A stretch of DNA of 63,788 bases, counting the filler, from Olpidium bornovanus S191 (taxonomy: Eukaryota; Fungi; Olpidiomycota): assembly GCA_017911155.1 (NCBI GenBank). It is 28 parts of 28 records of this genome, joined end to end, with 100 filler letters (N's around TTAATTAATTAA, not from the genome) between each part and the next. Parts side by side here need not be neighbours in the genome. Positions count along the whole stretch, not along the records: positions 34,364 to 36,778 come from JAEFCI010006517.1; positions 36,879 to 39,350 come from JAEFCI010010294.1; positions 39,451 to 40,516 come from JAEFCI010003057.1; positions 40,617 to 42,557 come from JAEFCI010012600.1; positions 42,658 to 49,235 come from JAEFCI010002798.1; 23 more parts are not named here. One strand, 5' to 3'. Positions within the stretch are counted from its first letter, which is position 1. Every line of letters starts with the position of its first letter. A model generated the notes under the pieces. It saw nothing but the letters and a program-made list of their open reading frames with translations. It did no database searches and was not told where the DNA came from. Both the position numbers and the translations under genes were made by a program. This document shows, one piece after another, positions 35,794-47,868 of the stretch.

Positions 35794-36878
35794 AAGAGAG
35801 AAGAGAGAGAGAGAGAGAGAGTGAAAAGGGGCGGGAGAGAAAGAGAAGAGGCCTCCCGGTCGATTTGTCCACGCACACGCGCGCGCGCGGCGGCTCCGCG
35901 AAAACGGGAACACCGCCCCCCGCCGGGGCAAAAAAAAAAAAAAAAAAAAAAAAACCCACACAGAGCTTTTAGAACGGGAAAGGCATAATTTAATCCCTCA
36001 CTCTCCCTGCCCCCTCGTTCTTCCCCCTTCTTCTTCCCCCTTTCGCCGAAAAGAAAAATGGCGTCCTGGGTGCGTGAAACACGAAGGAAAAGAAGGAATA
36101 AAGAAAACGAAGTGTCCCGTTGCGCGTGGCGGGGAAGGGGACAAGGGAAAAGGGCAAGGCAACGGGGGTGGTGCGCGGGTGCAACGCAGAGAGATAATGC
36201 GGGTTAGGGGGCTCCCATGGCGCCGCAGCGGGCACACTGCGCGCTCCGACCCCCTCCCTCCTTTTCCCCATTTGCCGCAGAATGCCCATCGGGACGCCAC
36301 ATACAAAAGAGGCCTGGTGGGTGATTAGCCCGAATGCAGACAGATAGACAGAAGTTTCTCTGGGCGAAGCCTCTCCTCGTCTCCGTGCCGACGCCCGGTG
36401 GCGCTATGCTCCGGCTCCGAACAGTAACATGCAAGCGTGGGGGGGGTTCCGGCCGGCAGGGTCTGGCAGCCCGCGCGGGGGAAGGTGGGCGTGGAAAGGG
36501 GGCTGGGCGCCGACCCCAGGCGGAACGTGCAAAGCACGGGCGGCACGGCCACCCGCCGAGTCGCATAGTAAAAAAAAAGAAATTGAAGGGGGGGGGGGGG
36601 GGGGGGGACTTTTCGGAATCAATTTTTCGTTTTTCTTCTTTTCCTTGCCCTGGCGCACATCTTCCCGAAACGAGCCGGCGCATTCCGTTCCCGGCCCCCC
36701 CCCCCCCCCCCCGCGCGCGGCCGCACGGGGCGCACTTCCTTCATTCGATAAGCTGGTTATTTAATCTGTACGACTCAANNNNNNNNNNNNNNNNNNNNNN
36801 NNNNNNNNNNNNNNNNNNNNNNTTAATTAATTAANNNNNNNNNNNNNNNNNNNNNNNNNNNNNNNNNNNNNNNNNNNN

Positions 36879-37987
36879 CCATGGTCGGAAGATGAGTGTT
36901 CAAGCAGCGAACGTAGTTCGCTATGGGCTCCTCTCCCATCGGCAGTGGAAAGAGAAGAGTGGAAAGGCCGATATACGTCGCCCAAGCAATCTGCTTCTTC
37001 AGCAGCAACTCTGACGCAGCACGTTCCCCGCGGTACGGAGAGTCTAGGCGCAACCAATCGGCGACCCGGCCGACGAGATACTCGCTCCAGTCTATCGACA
37101 AAGAACGTGTCCCGTCAACATCATAATGTTAAACGAAAGGGAAGCAACCGCAATTTTTTTGTTAACGGCAGAACCACACCAAAAACCATACCTGCGTCAC
37201 GCACTTGCAGCTCGTTTCGGTTGAAGTGTGCAGCAAAACGACGAACGCTGGCATTTATGTTGTCTGCGGAACGCAACTCGGGGACGTCATCGAAGACCGG
37301 CGTGGACGGCGGCCTCAGCAATTCGACAACGGCGAAATCGTGGCGCGAGCTGCGAACGTCCAAAATGAGCTGGTCCAAATCACTCGAGACCACGGGGGCC
37401 ATCAGGCCCACGGAGACCGGACGCCCCTTGCTCTGCTCCGTGTTCTGTCCATGCTTTCCGGTCGGCGACGGGAGGCCGCGCTCCCGCTCACTTGCACGAC
37501 CGTCGGAATTCTGGCTGTTCGCCCCTTGCATCAGCACGTCAGACACCAAGCCGCCTTCGTCCACGACCTTCCCGTTAACTCTGCTCTCAAGAGAGCCGGC
37601 TTCGGCGGCGTTCGCCGCGCCGTCCAGCGCCGGCGCGGCGGCTCCTGCCCCGTCGTCGCAGGGCGAAGAGCTCGCGGCGCGGACGCCGAGGCCGGGACTG
37701 GGACTGGGACTATGGGAAGTCGCGCTGCCCGCGCCTCCCGTCCTGCTGCCGCTCCCGCACCGGCTCGGGCTGCCCGCGCTCCTCCGCCGCCGCCGCCGCC
37801 GCGCCGCCCTCCGCGCCCCGGCGGCCTCGTCATTCCCGCCGCAGCCAGCCCTCCGGGCCCTTGCGCCGTCTCCGGCGAGGACGGCGGCTGCGGCGTCTGT
37901 TCCCAGGCGGCCGCCAGCGTCGGGGCGGCAGGCCGAGCCAGCCGGCGCGTTGCGCAGGTAAACGGAGGCGGTCGCGCACGCCGACAT
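36879..37987 (-). CDS. PRMT5: Protein arginine methyltransferase PRMT5 (Hsl7/Skb1), N-terminal TIM-barrel part; 3' truncated, 5' end uncertain
   Basis: VGLMAPVVSSDLDQLI...HDFAVVEL and DWSEYLVGRVADWLRLDSPYRGERAASELLLKKQIAWATYIGLSTLLFP match the PRMT5 TIM domain (W...VG..S.W..LDS......SE..L.QE..WA..L.L). Confidence 0.85.
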
Positions 37988-39583
37988 TGGGTGGCCCCTG
38001 GAGTTCGCGGGGCGGTGTTCCTTCCGCGGGCGGTGCGGGTGCGTGCGTGCGTTTTTTTTTTTCGCGCGGGTTTGTCCGTTTTCCGCCGCCCCGCTCCCCC
38101 TTCCCCTGGCTGATGGCACCCGTTCCCTTCCGCGAGAAGCGCCCCCCCCGCCCCTGCCCGCCCTTGCGGGGAGCGATGTCGTGCTCCGCCGTGTCCATCC
38201 GCGGCGAGCACCGGAGACGTCCCGGGCGCCGACCGGTCGCGTCACCGTGCTCAGGAGCACCGGTTGCTGACAATGCCCCGGGGTGGAAAAATGCCCGGGT
38301 GAATGCGTGGGAACGCGGATGCACCGTTCTGCCCGGAATGGGGTTAAAATGTTTGCCCGCGACGTCTCCAGACACGCGAAGGCGGCTGGCGAAACTTCAA
38401 TCCCTCCCTTTCTTGTGTTTTGCCTGCGGCCAACGGAGGGGGAGGGGGGGGAGCGCCACAGGACACAGCATATCTTGCCAAGAAGAAAAAAAAAATCGTG
38501 CACGACGAAAGAATGTACAGCAGGCGCGAGAGCCGTGCGTATTTGCAGGTCGGCCGGCATCGGAAGCTCCTCTCGACCGTCAACGCCACCTAGGTGCGCG
38601 AGTTTGTCGAAGTAAATCAAACATCCCGCCGCACGGTTCATCGCCTTCCACGATTGCAACGTCATCTCAACAATCGAAATGTGTATGGTAAATGCGGATC
38701 CGCGGATCCGCGGACTCGCATTCTGTTTATCCCGAAAATCCGAGCCGAATGTGCCGCCTGAGACGGGCCCGCCCGCCGCCGTGCAAGAATCACGGCCCTC
38801 CCGGGAAGCCAAACAACACCGCTGCGCGCCTTCAAACGGAGGAGCCGGCTTTAAGATGATCAATGTGTGCTTCCATCCCGCTACGACTCGCCTTCCGGTC
38901 GGGGAACGCGGACCTGCTGCCAGTTGTCCACGTCAAAACCGTGCAATTTCTGGCGAAAAGACGAGGCGCGTCAAACAGAGAAAGAACGCGTCACAAACAA
39001 ATTGAGGTGCGGATAAACAGAAGTTCCGTTTTCTTTTTCTTTTTTTGAATTTTCCGCAACTTTGCAAGCCGTACCGCGTAGGTCTCCTGGATAGTGCGCG
39101 GTTTGTTGAAATCGGCGATAGCGGCGATCTTCTCTTCGTAGCTCAGCTTTTTTTTTTTGCGGGGTACCAGAACGCAAGGCAGGCATGTTCCAAGCTGTCA
39201 GCGTCGTCCCAACGCACGGGGGCGCCGGGATGGGGGGGGGGGGGGGGGGGGGGGGGACCCCCCCCGGCCCGAAAAGGCAAACCGGCCTTTGGCCCGGCCC
39301 CGTGGGTTTCCCCGGCGCCCCTGTCCAACTTCCCCCGCCGCATAACTACCNNNNNNNNNNNNNNNNNNNNNNNNNNNNNNNNNNNNNNNNNNNNTTAATT
39401 AATTAANNNNNNNNNNNNNNNNNNNNNNNNNNNNNNNNNNNNNNNNNNNNATTTGCTGAGTGCAGGCGACTGTTGGCACAGGGCATCCGCATCTCGTAAG
39501 CCAAAAAACGATGACAGGTGGACGGCAGAGCACGTGCGAGCTTTCCGGGAGCAAAAAAAAAAAAAAAAAAAACAGCGGCGCCT

Positions 39584-40503
39584 CTACGCTTTCCCCAAAC
39601 TCCAGCGGAATCTCGCATGCCGCTGCGGGTCCTCCGAGGCGTCGGGCGGCTGCGCGCCCGCGTCCCACTCCAGCGCGCTGACCCAGCTTTTCGCAAACGA
39701 CGCTGGGGCCGGCCCGGAGTCTCGCGAGTCCTGCCCCGGCAAACCCCGGTCGTTACCCCGCTCGTCTTCCGGGGCCATGGCGGCGGCGGCGGCCAGCGAT
39801 CCCACGTTGCACCCGACGGTCAGCGGTTCGGCCGTTTTCGCCAGTTTGAACCCGACGGCCGATCGCCCGGTTCGCCGGAGAGCCAGTACGTTCAGGAGGC
39901 GCTCGATTTGACCGGGTAGCAGGGGCCCGGCAATCTCCAGGACGTGCTGCGTCTCCAAGGCGGCCTTTCCGGTCGCAGCTTCTCGCCCCGCGCGTTTGAC
40001 GGAGCCGTTCTTTGTAATCTACAAAATGAATTTCTCGAACGGCTTAAGGAAGGAACCCCCCACCCCCCACCTCGTTTTGCGTAGGAAACGGTCGCGCTGG
40101 CTGAGAAAAAAAAACCAAACTGCCGCAGCTCTGGCATCTGCCAAGTAACACAAACCTCCGCTTTCCTGAGGGCGCCGTTCCGGAAGGGTGCGGGAGAAAT
40201 CAAGGTTGGTATCGAACGTGCTCGCGCATCCTTCTTGGAACCTTTCCAATTCAGAAGAAAATCGAACAGGCCGTGGATGCCGCGGTGTCCGGAGAAGAGC
40301 AGGGCCGACCGAACGCTGTTGTCCAGAGACGGGTCTCCGGGGCGGGGGCGTCTGATGTTTTCAATCGAGTAACGCGCATCGGGGGTGTGCCGAAAGACGC
40401 GGAAGTCAGACGGGAGAAGCAGGCCGCGGGACACGCCGAAGAAACTTCGCGCGGTCTCCGTAAATAGAACACGCGCATCCCGAACGCCGAGAGCCTTACA
40501 CGA
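39584..40503 (-). CDS. DONSON: DONSON (downstream neighbour of SON) homologue, C-terminal part; intron 40155-40019
   Basis: SALLFSGHRGIHGLFDFLLNWK...IPTLISPAPFRNGALRKAE|ITKNGSVK...QHVLEIAGPLLPGQIERLLNVL...AEPLTVGCNV parallels the recalled DONSON C-terminus (LLNFLIN...PPTLLSP.AFRGAT...SLEITGPI.P...HEPT.VFN). Confidence 0.75.
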
Positions 40504-40616
40504 CTAAACCGTCATGNNNNNNNNNNNNNNNNNNNNNNNNNNNNNNNNNNNNNNNNNNNNTTAATTAATTAANNNNNNNNNNNNNNNNNNNNNNNNNNNN
40601 NNNNNNNNNNNNNNNN

Positions 40617-42284
40617 GTCTTTCCGCAAGGTCCCTGCCGGCGCGGACAAGGTCGTTGACCGCGACACCATTGTAGGAGGCGCCGACGACGCTCAGCTTCC
40701 CGCGGAACCGCCGCACCAGCGCCAGGTGCAGGTCATGCGTTCGCGAGCGGCACCCGACGGCCGGCTGCGGTATGCAACGCCGGAGAACGCGTACCCGCGA
40801 CTCGGCGGGCCGCTCTCTGATCCCCAGCCTGACGGCGACCACTTTCCGGGCGCGCTCCAAAATGCGCTCGTCGTCCACGCCGGCAAACTTCGATTCGAAA
40901 GCGTGGCCGCCCATCATGACCGTCAGACGGGTCATGGCCCGGGAAAGGTCTTGGGCCGGCATCGCGCACGAGTCGAAGATCACGCCCAGCTCGTCGTGTT
41001 GTGCCATATCCGGCCGTGGGACGAGGTACCCGAACCCCGCCACCGGGAGTACGCGTCCCGGTTCGCCCCGGAATGCGAAGTTAGCAACGGCCACGTCCAC
41101 CGTCGGGAACATTTGACGCTCCAGTTCGGGCAGCGGGCAACAGCGGAGGACGTCGTGTAACGTCCAGGCCGGTAGCGCGGAAACGACCCGGTCGGCGATC
41201 AACTCTGGGACGGCTGTGTTCGCAGTTGAAACCTGTTAAGACATTTTGGGGAAGCAGCGGGTGGGGTCACTCATGAGGAATCCTCTGCACCAATCTCCTA
41301 CAGCCAGCAACACCGTCCTTACCCGGATGGTGTCGTCGCCTCCGAGCTCCAGGTCTGTGCAAGGGGTATTGAGGAGTACCTCGACGCCCATCCTCTTCAT
41401 GTCTTCGACCATCCGGTCAGAGAAGACCTGCAAGCCGTTTGCAAACGCGTACATGCTGCTGTTCGAAGCGTTCCGGGCGAGGTCGGGGTCGCGATCCTCG
41501 ACAGACTGCCGAGCGCGCCTTTCCCGCTCGGCAGTTTCCGCGTCTTCCGGGCCGAACAGGCCCAACACGACCGACCCGCGGCGGCGTTCGGCGCTCCACA
41601 GCGAGGGAAAGACGGACCGGACGGACAGGTTCCTGGAGTCGCCGGCGTATATCCCGTGGACGACCGCAGAGACCAAGTTGTCGGCCACCTGGGCGCCGAA
41701 GCGGCGCCGGACGAAGGCGTCCACGGACTCGTCGTCGTCCATGCCGGCGTCAGCGCAACCGGCGTCGCGCCGCCTCGCAAACGGCTCGCGCGCTGCAGCC
41801 GCGAGCAGCCTCCAGACGAATGGGTCGCGCGTCGACGCGAGGGACCGCAGCGAGCTCGGCAGAGCGCGCAGACAGTTCCGGTGGTACAGGAACCGGTTCC
41901 GCGCCGGCGCGGAGGACTTCGAGGCCCACGTTATCTCCGGTGTTAACCCGAGGGCGGACACCTACAGCGCGCGCGCGCGGGATGAGTGCGATGTCAAGGA
42001 GCGACAGCTTGCCGATATCCACGGTTCGCACGGCACCGGCTGCTTACCGCTTCCAGCGTTACCCACCCTGCGACACCGCTCGGCCGGAGCGTGCGCGGTC
42101 CGCTCTCGAACAGCGCCGCGTCTCCGCCGATCCGCTCGGAGCGTATCCAGCCCCCGGACCTGTCCGCCGCCTCGAGGACGGTGATTTTAACCCTCGCCGG
42201 CGAAACGAGCCTGGCGAGCTGCCACGCTGTGGAGAGGCCGGCTATCCCGCTCCCCAGGACAACAACGCGGAGCGGCGGGGACAT
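40617..42284 (-). CDS. HEM14: Protoporphyrinogen oxidase, 3 exons, 3' end just truncated
   Basis: VVVLGSGIAGL..VLEAADRSGGWIRS..FESGPRTLRP, DESVDAFVRRRFG..HGIYAGD..LSVRS, GFGYLVPR, LGVIFDS, RLTVMMGG, CIPQ, GASYNGVAVND. Confidence 0.95.
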
Positions 42285-42397
42285 GCCTTTCCGGAAGGGG
42301 GAAGCCACCGCGCCTGGAGGAGAGGAGGAGGAGGAGAACGCCTGAGGGGCGGTGTTTTTTCTTTTCGTTTTGTGAAGTGTATGAAATGCGCTCTACG

Positions 42398-42409
42398 GGT
42401 CACGTGACC
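42398..42409. promoter_or_regulatory. Perfect 12-bp palindromic E-box GGTCACGTGACC, ~115 bp upstream of the HEM14 ATG
   Basis: Sequence read directly; function as a bHLH site is inference only. Confidence 0.3.
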
Positions 42410-42485
42410 GTCAACGGGCATTTTGCCCAGGAGGAGGATCCGGCGTGTCCGGCGTTCCTCCCTCACACTTCTTCCGCCGCGAAAC

Positions 42486-42533
<48 letters not shown>

Positions 42534-43029
42534 CCAAAAAAAAAAAAAAAAAAAAAANNNNNNNNNNNNNNNNNNNNNNNNNNNNNNNNNNNNNNNNNNN
42601 NTTAATTAATTAANNNNNNNNNNNNNNNNNNNNNNNNNNNNNNNNNNNNNNNNNNNNCATGACGTTGTAAAAACGAGAACCAGAACCGGTAACAAGAGTT
42701 GGAGCAAAAAAAACTTGACAGCAATAAAAAGCTTTAACCCGAAAACCGCAACCAACGTCCACAGCACATTACGGCTCTATCACCACAGTGCTGGCGCGCA
42801 CTATACACACCGTCTTGGTCTTGGTCTAGGTCTGGAGGACACGTGACGTCGCGACCAGACACACCGGTGTGTCTAGTGGTCCTGGCGAATCTCGGGTCAA
42901 GTGATTGGCACTCGGCAGGCTGCCCTCGAAAGGCGTTTGACACAGCCCAAGAGGGGTTTGGCGCCACCGTAGCAGGCGTGCACACCGTGACATAGCGCAA
43001 GTGTGCAGATTACATACTTCACTTGTTAC

Positions 43030-43635
43030 AGGTTGTTTGAATTCACATTCATGTCATTTGGCTTGCCCTGGCTGCATTCCAACGCTTTATGACCAGCGTC
43101 CTTGGTGGGCTTCGATGGCAGAACTGCCTTGTTTACCTTGATGACGTGATTATATACTCACGGCCGTTTGAGCGTCATCTTGTTAATTTGCGCAGAGATT
43201 TTTAAAGCGTCTCAACGAAGTTGGCTTGTGCATGAAGGCTAAAAAGTGCTCGTTTTGTTGCGCTGACATTTTATCCCTTTACCATCTTGTCTTTCCCAAC
43301 GGCACCTGCCCAGACCCTCAAAAGGTTGCTGTTGTCACCGAATGGCAAGCGTCAACATCTCTAACAGATGTCCAGCGATTTCTTGGACTTGCCTCGAATT
43401 ATCGCAAATTCATTGATCGCTTTGCTTCCATTGCACACCCGTTATACGCACTGACGAAACTGTTGGCCAATTTTCGATAAACCAACGTTGGAGCATCTGC
43501 GTTTGACACATTGAAGGCTAATCTCACAATAGCCCCCGCCCATCGATTGCCCGATTTCGGTCGGAAGTTCCGCTCTATGTTGCAGACTGATGCATCTGAC
43601 ACAGGAATTAGTGCCGTCCTTCACCAATTGGCATT
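43030..43635 (+). mobile_element. Degenerate Ty3/gypsy reverse transcriptase to RNase H fragment
   Basis: MSFGL..AAFQRFM..CLVYLDDVIIYS, KAKKCSF, PDPQKV, TDVQRFLGLASNYRKFIDRFASIAHPLYALTK, AFDTLKANLTIAP, LQTDASDTGISAVLHQ, with frameshifts and stops. Confidence 0.92.
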
Positions 43636-44239
43636 TGACAGTGTGGGACGGTTCGGGGTGCCGGCAGTCCCGGTTGGGCTCTCCCGTATTGCCTCTCCCC
43701 AGCCCAAAAACACCCTCCCTCTCGCCCACTCGTTTTCCACCTGTCCCAAAACAATAAACAAACCCTCCTGCCTTTGAAGACATCCCTGACGGTCCCCCAA
43801 GGGCCCCCAGAGCAGCCTAGTTCTAACCGCCTGCGACTGCGACGCCCTGGAACGGGCGGTTGGCAGCTCCTGGGGTTGGAGGGTAAAACTGGGGAGAAGG
43901 AAGGGCGGGCCAGGGTTCGCTTTGAAGAGGCCTTCGAAAGCCACAAGGAGGGAACTTCCGCGCCTCATGGTCCCCTGTATCTACGGCCGAGTGCGCGGGT
44001 AAGACAGCCCTTAGCTGCCCGTCAAATCCTGCCGAATCCCCGTCGGAGGCAGAAGTCTCCCGACAACCTGGCACTCCCGAGCAGGACGGACGGGATGCGA
44101 GAGCAAGAAGAGTTGGTACGAGAGTGCTCCGGGGACGACGAGGTTACGACGATGACGAACGGGTCCTTTGACGTGCATGCTCGCCGCACAAATGCGGTCT
44201 GCGGAGGTCTGCGCCGCAAAAATCCAGTTCACTAAGGAG

Positions 44240-44760
44240 GAGGGTTTGTTTCAAGAAGAGAATATATCGGCATACCTACGCAAGTTTGAGACAACTGTTT
44301 AGCAATGGGACCTTGCTGACACGGAGCTCCTCTGCTATTTCAAGCTGATGGTCCATGGTGACTGTGACAAGCGAGTGGCCTCGGCCACAGAGGGGAAGGT
44401 GTGGGCCAAGGGGAAGGAGCAGCTCTGCAAAGTTTTCCATCCACAGGACCTTACTAGGATGATGCCGCGCTGCTTCGTTGAATGGGTTGAGGCTGCGAGT
44501 GATGGGGCTGACCCAGAGGCGGTTCTGTGGTAGTTCAATCAGACGTTTGAGCAGCTGGACCAGCGGGAGCGCGCCCGGTTCGTGGACAAGACGGAATTCT
44601 TGGTGCGCGCGTTGCCGGCAGCACGGCGGAAGGAGGCGATGAGAAAACTTCGAGACGGTGAGAACTTTATTGCGAATTGCGGGCGCGTAGGGGACGTCAT
44701 CCGAGAGCTGTCCTATTCAAGCTGCTGCGTCGCGTCGAGACGATTGTATCAGAGGTGTGT
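44240..44760 (+). mobile_element. Possible degenerate retrotransposon gag N-terminus
   Basis: EENISAYLRKFE..*QWDLADTELLCYFKLMV...WAKGKEQLCKVFHPQD resembles fungal gypsy gag starts; it has two in-frame stops. Confidence 0.4.
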
Positions 44761-45600
44761 AGCGGCTGACCGGGCGCTGCCACCCTTCCTTCCTTCCTTC
44801 GTTGCCCGCATCGCGCGCTAAAGCGGAAATGAGGGGCACTGATAAGGCAGACGCAGGGTCTCTGGTCCAACCTCAAATGAAGAGGTTCTCAACGTCTGTT
44901 TTTTTAACTATCTTCTTTGCTCTTCTCAGGAAAAGGACAAGGCGTCGCGCACGGAGATCACGACTACGGAAGCTCGGTGGAGAGAGGGGGGGGGGGGAAA
45001 GAAAGCTACGCTACGTCAACGGCAGATCGAAAAGACGAAGAGGGGAACGTTGCTCGCGGCCGTACTCGTGGACGGCGAACGTCGGCGGCAGGGGGCTTCG
45101 CTCGGGCACGGACAGAGGGAAAACGAAGAAGAGAAGGGAAGGAGCGGGAAAAAGGGGAGAGAGTCCATGTCGTTCTGCTCGCGATAATCGGGAATTTGTC
45201 TCCTTAACAACAGCCGGCACCACAGCCATCCCGTTGCCATGTCCCGAGTTTGGTTTTCCGGAGGCTGTTTTTGGTGTTTCGACTCGCATATTTGGTCCGT
45301 AAAAACACGTAATTGTTTTATCCCCTCTTGAGACCAAGCGTAGTAAATTTTTACTTCAGCGCGCCCGCATTCTTACTTTTTTTTTGCAGCTAGGGCTGTT
45401 TGCAGCTGCAATGGGGCCGGAGCTACGTGCGCTGCGCCATCCAAAGACATGTCAGGTTTGATCACGCGATTGCAGACCGCACTACAGTATGTCATATTTT
45501 TTTTTCAAAAAGATTACTAGGCTATAACGCGTTCCTAATCGTCTCGTTCGCAGTCTACCGCAGCGCGCGAAACACGCGCTTCGTCAAAAGATCGATTCAT

Positions 45601-47397
45601 CTAATCGTCGTACTCGTCATATCCGCCGCCCAATTCCCCAAAATCCTCTTGCCAGCCCTCCTCACCATCATCGTCTTCCTCGTCTTCCTCGTCTTCCTCA
45701 CTGTCCAACCCGCCGAACTTCACCCGTACCATACCGTTCGCGATCACATACGCGACGACCGCGGCCAGGCCGCCGGCGATGCTGATCAACCTCTGCCGTT
45801 CGAAACCCACTTCTGCAGGAGTCTTCTTCCTCTTAGCCTGGGCTTGTCTCCGGAAGGTGAAAGCGTGCGGAACGCACGAGGATGGCAATAGCGACCTCAC
45901 GAGCAAGCCAGGGAAACGCGCCAGGGACGCTAGCGACAGGCTTGTCGACCACGCTTCCACCACTGGTGGCGATATCGGGCGCGCACCCAACATGTCGATG
46001 CGCTCGCGCATCCGCTCGCAGAAGTCGCATAAATTCTTATGCCGCCGTGACAGCTGGTTCGACAGGTCGGGGCGAGGTAGCCTCGGGTGTACCTGCAACC
46101 GCAGGAATCCGTAGGCGATCACGTCCAGCGTCGTCGGCCTTAAGATTGCCGTTGAATTAGCGACAAGGGCTATGGCCAACTAACCTCGAACGCGCATCCA
46201 AAATTCAAATCTACGTACTCCGAGCCGAAGAAGAAGGGCGAAGCCCCCAGTTTCTTTGACAGAGCCTCGTAACCGCCCCTGCCAATCTTATATGCCTGCA
46301 AGCCAACAAATTGCGTCCAACTTTACAAGTTTTCGGAATATAGCAGGCGCAATGGCCAACGAAGCGGGCCGAACGCACCTGCGACTCAACCTCTTCTAGT
46401 ATAGACTTAGTCTTCCCTGACTTTGCGTCCGGGTTTTCCACCGGAGAATGCCAGAACGGGCTGGTGGGTTTCCGGTCGACATCGAGCCCACCTTCGTCCT
46501 CGAACGAGACACCAAGCAGCGCGAGACGGGCGCGAGCCCGATCTCGCATGCGCGTCGGCTCGAGGGAGCGCATCGAAAACGGGAGCAAAGAGGCGTACGT
46601 CGGTCGCACCGCTCCGACGTAATTCTCCGGCTCCGCGTACCACGCGTACAGCAGCGCGTCGTGCACCTTGTTGTTTAAGAGAGCGGCATACCTACCAATT
46701 GCGCAAAACTCAGGCTGCGCACCCCCATCGCTCAAAAGCATGAGCAACGATCCGGCAAGGATAATTCTCACGTCTTACGCATGACATCGAGCCTTGTCCA
46801 GTGCGTTCAGTTCACAATTCAAGTCATATCCCTGCGGTTGGTTTGCCACGCGGAGTGATCAGCTTCAGTCGGCGTGGAAACAAACGTTCGCCGGAGGTGT
46901 GCGGTTTGTTCAAGACGGCCACGCCCTTGCTTCTTATCCACCTTTTTCGTCAAATGCTGGATGATTCTTTCCGCGCCTGCGATCTGCTGTTCGCCGTCGC
47001 ATAGCACCGGCAGCTCGCCTGCGGAAATTCGCGTCGCAGGCAAACCGGACACCGCAAAACGTCAAACCACGTTGACGATCGCGAATGTTTGGAGGGTATA
47101 GAGAAAGACGCCGTTTAGCGAACACAGGCAAAACAGCTGGCGCCGGAGCTCACCCGTAAGAGAGACCCACGGGTTGCTGCACCGGTGGACCTTCCACTCG
47201 GCTTTGACAAGTGACAGGTATGCCTGTGAGAAGAGGGGATGCCGGTGAGCAAGCGTATTCTCGCGCGGCGTGTCTGGAGCCGCCAGCCACGACACTCCCA
47301 GCCACCAGTCGACCGTCTGCCTCACCTCAACCTGCAGGCAGAACGGGTCCACGGACGGAAGTCCCCATGCTCCTCCCCACGTGTATAAGACGAACAT
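45601..47397 (-). CDS. SAM37: Metaxin-1/Sam37 (mitochondrial SAM complex subunit), multi-exon, apparently complete
   Basis: MFVLYTWGGAWGLPSVDPFCLQVE|AYL..SNPWVSLT|GELPVL.., YAALLNNKVHDALLYAWYAEPENY..RPTYASLLPF, GST-C-like PTTLDVIAYGFL, a C-terminal transmembrane segment and an acidic tail. Confidence 0.88.
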
Positions 47398-47868
47398 CGC
47401 ACCCTTGCCGACGCAGCGAGCGTAGTCGTTGCCGCAGGGTAGAGAAGCGGGTGGACACCGTTTCGCAGTACAAGTGCGCAGGAAGGCGAAAAGTCCCGTT
47501 CGAAGAAGTCGCTACGCTGCTCTACGTTTGTTTTTTTTTTTTTTTTTCTTTTTCCTCCGGCTGTGCGTTGCTTGTGTGGTGACGGAAGCTTTAGCGCACA
47601 AGTCACCTGGCCAATGCGACAATTTGGGCCCCCATAATTGTCTATCATAAAATGTAAGTCGTTTGAAAATCAATTTATCCATATAGTGGCCACCAACGCC
47701 CCCAGCTCCCCCCAGCAGGGCATAAAATGGGCCTCGCGCTTCTTGGTGCACTATATTTTTCTTTTTTTTTTCACCTGCAACCCACTCGTCATTACAAACT
47801 AACACACTGTCACAATAGCTCCTGAAGATGGGTCGCGTGTTGGCCGGAACGATGGGTGCACACTGTGA

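Noticed and set aside
3589-47397. Apparent cluster of mitochondrial genes (MSS51, MSS1, MRPS17, DSS1-like, HEM14, SAM37)
   Set aside because: Each gene is on a different contig separated by artificial spacers, so there is no evidence of linkage.
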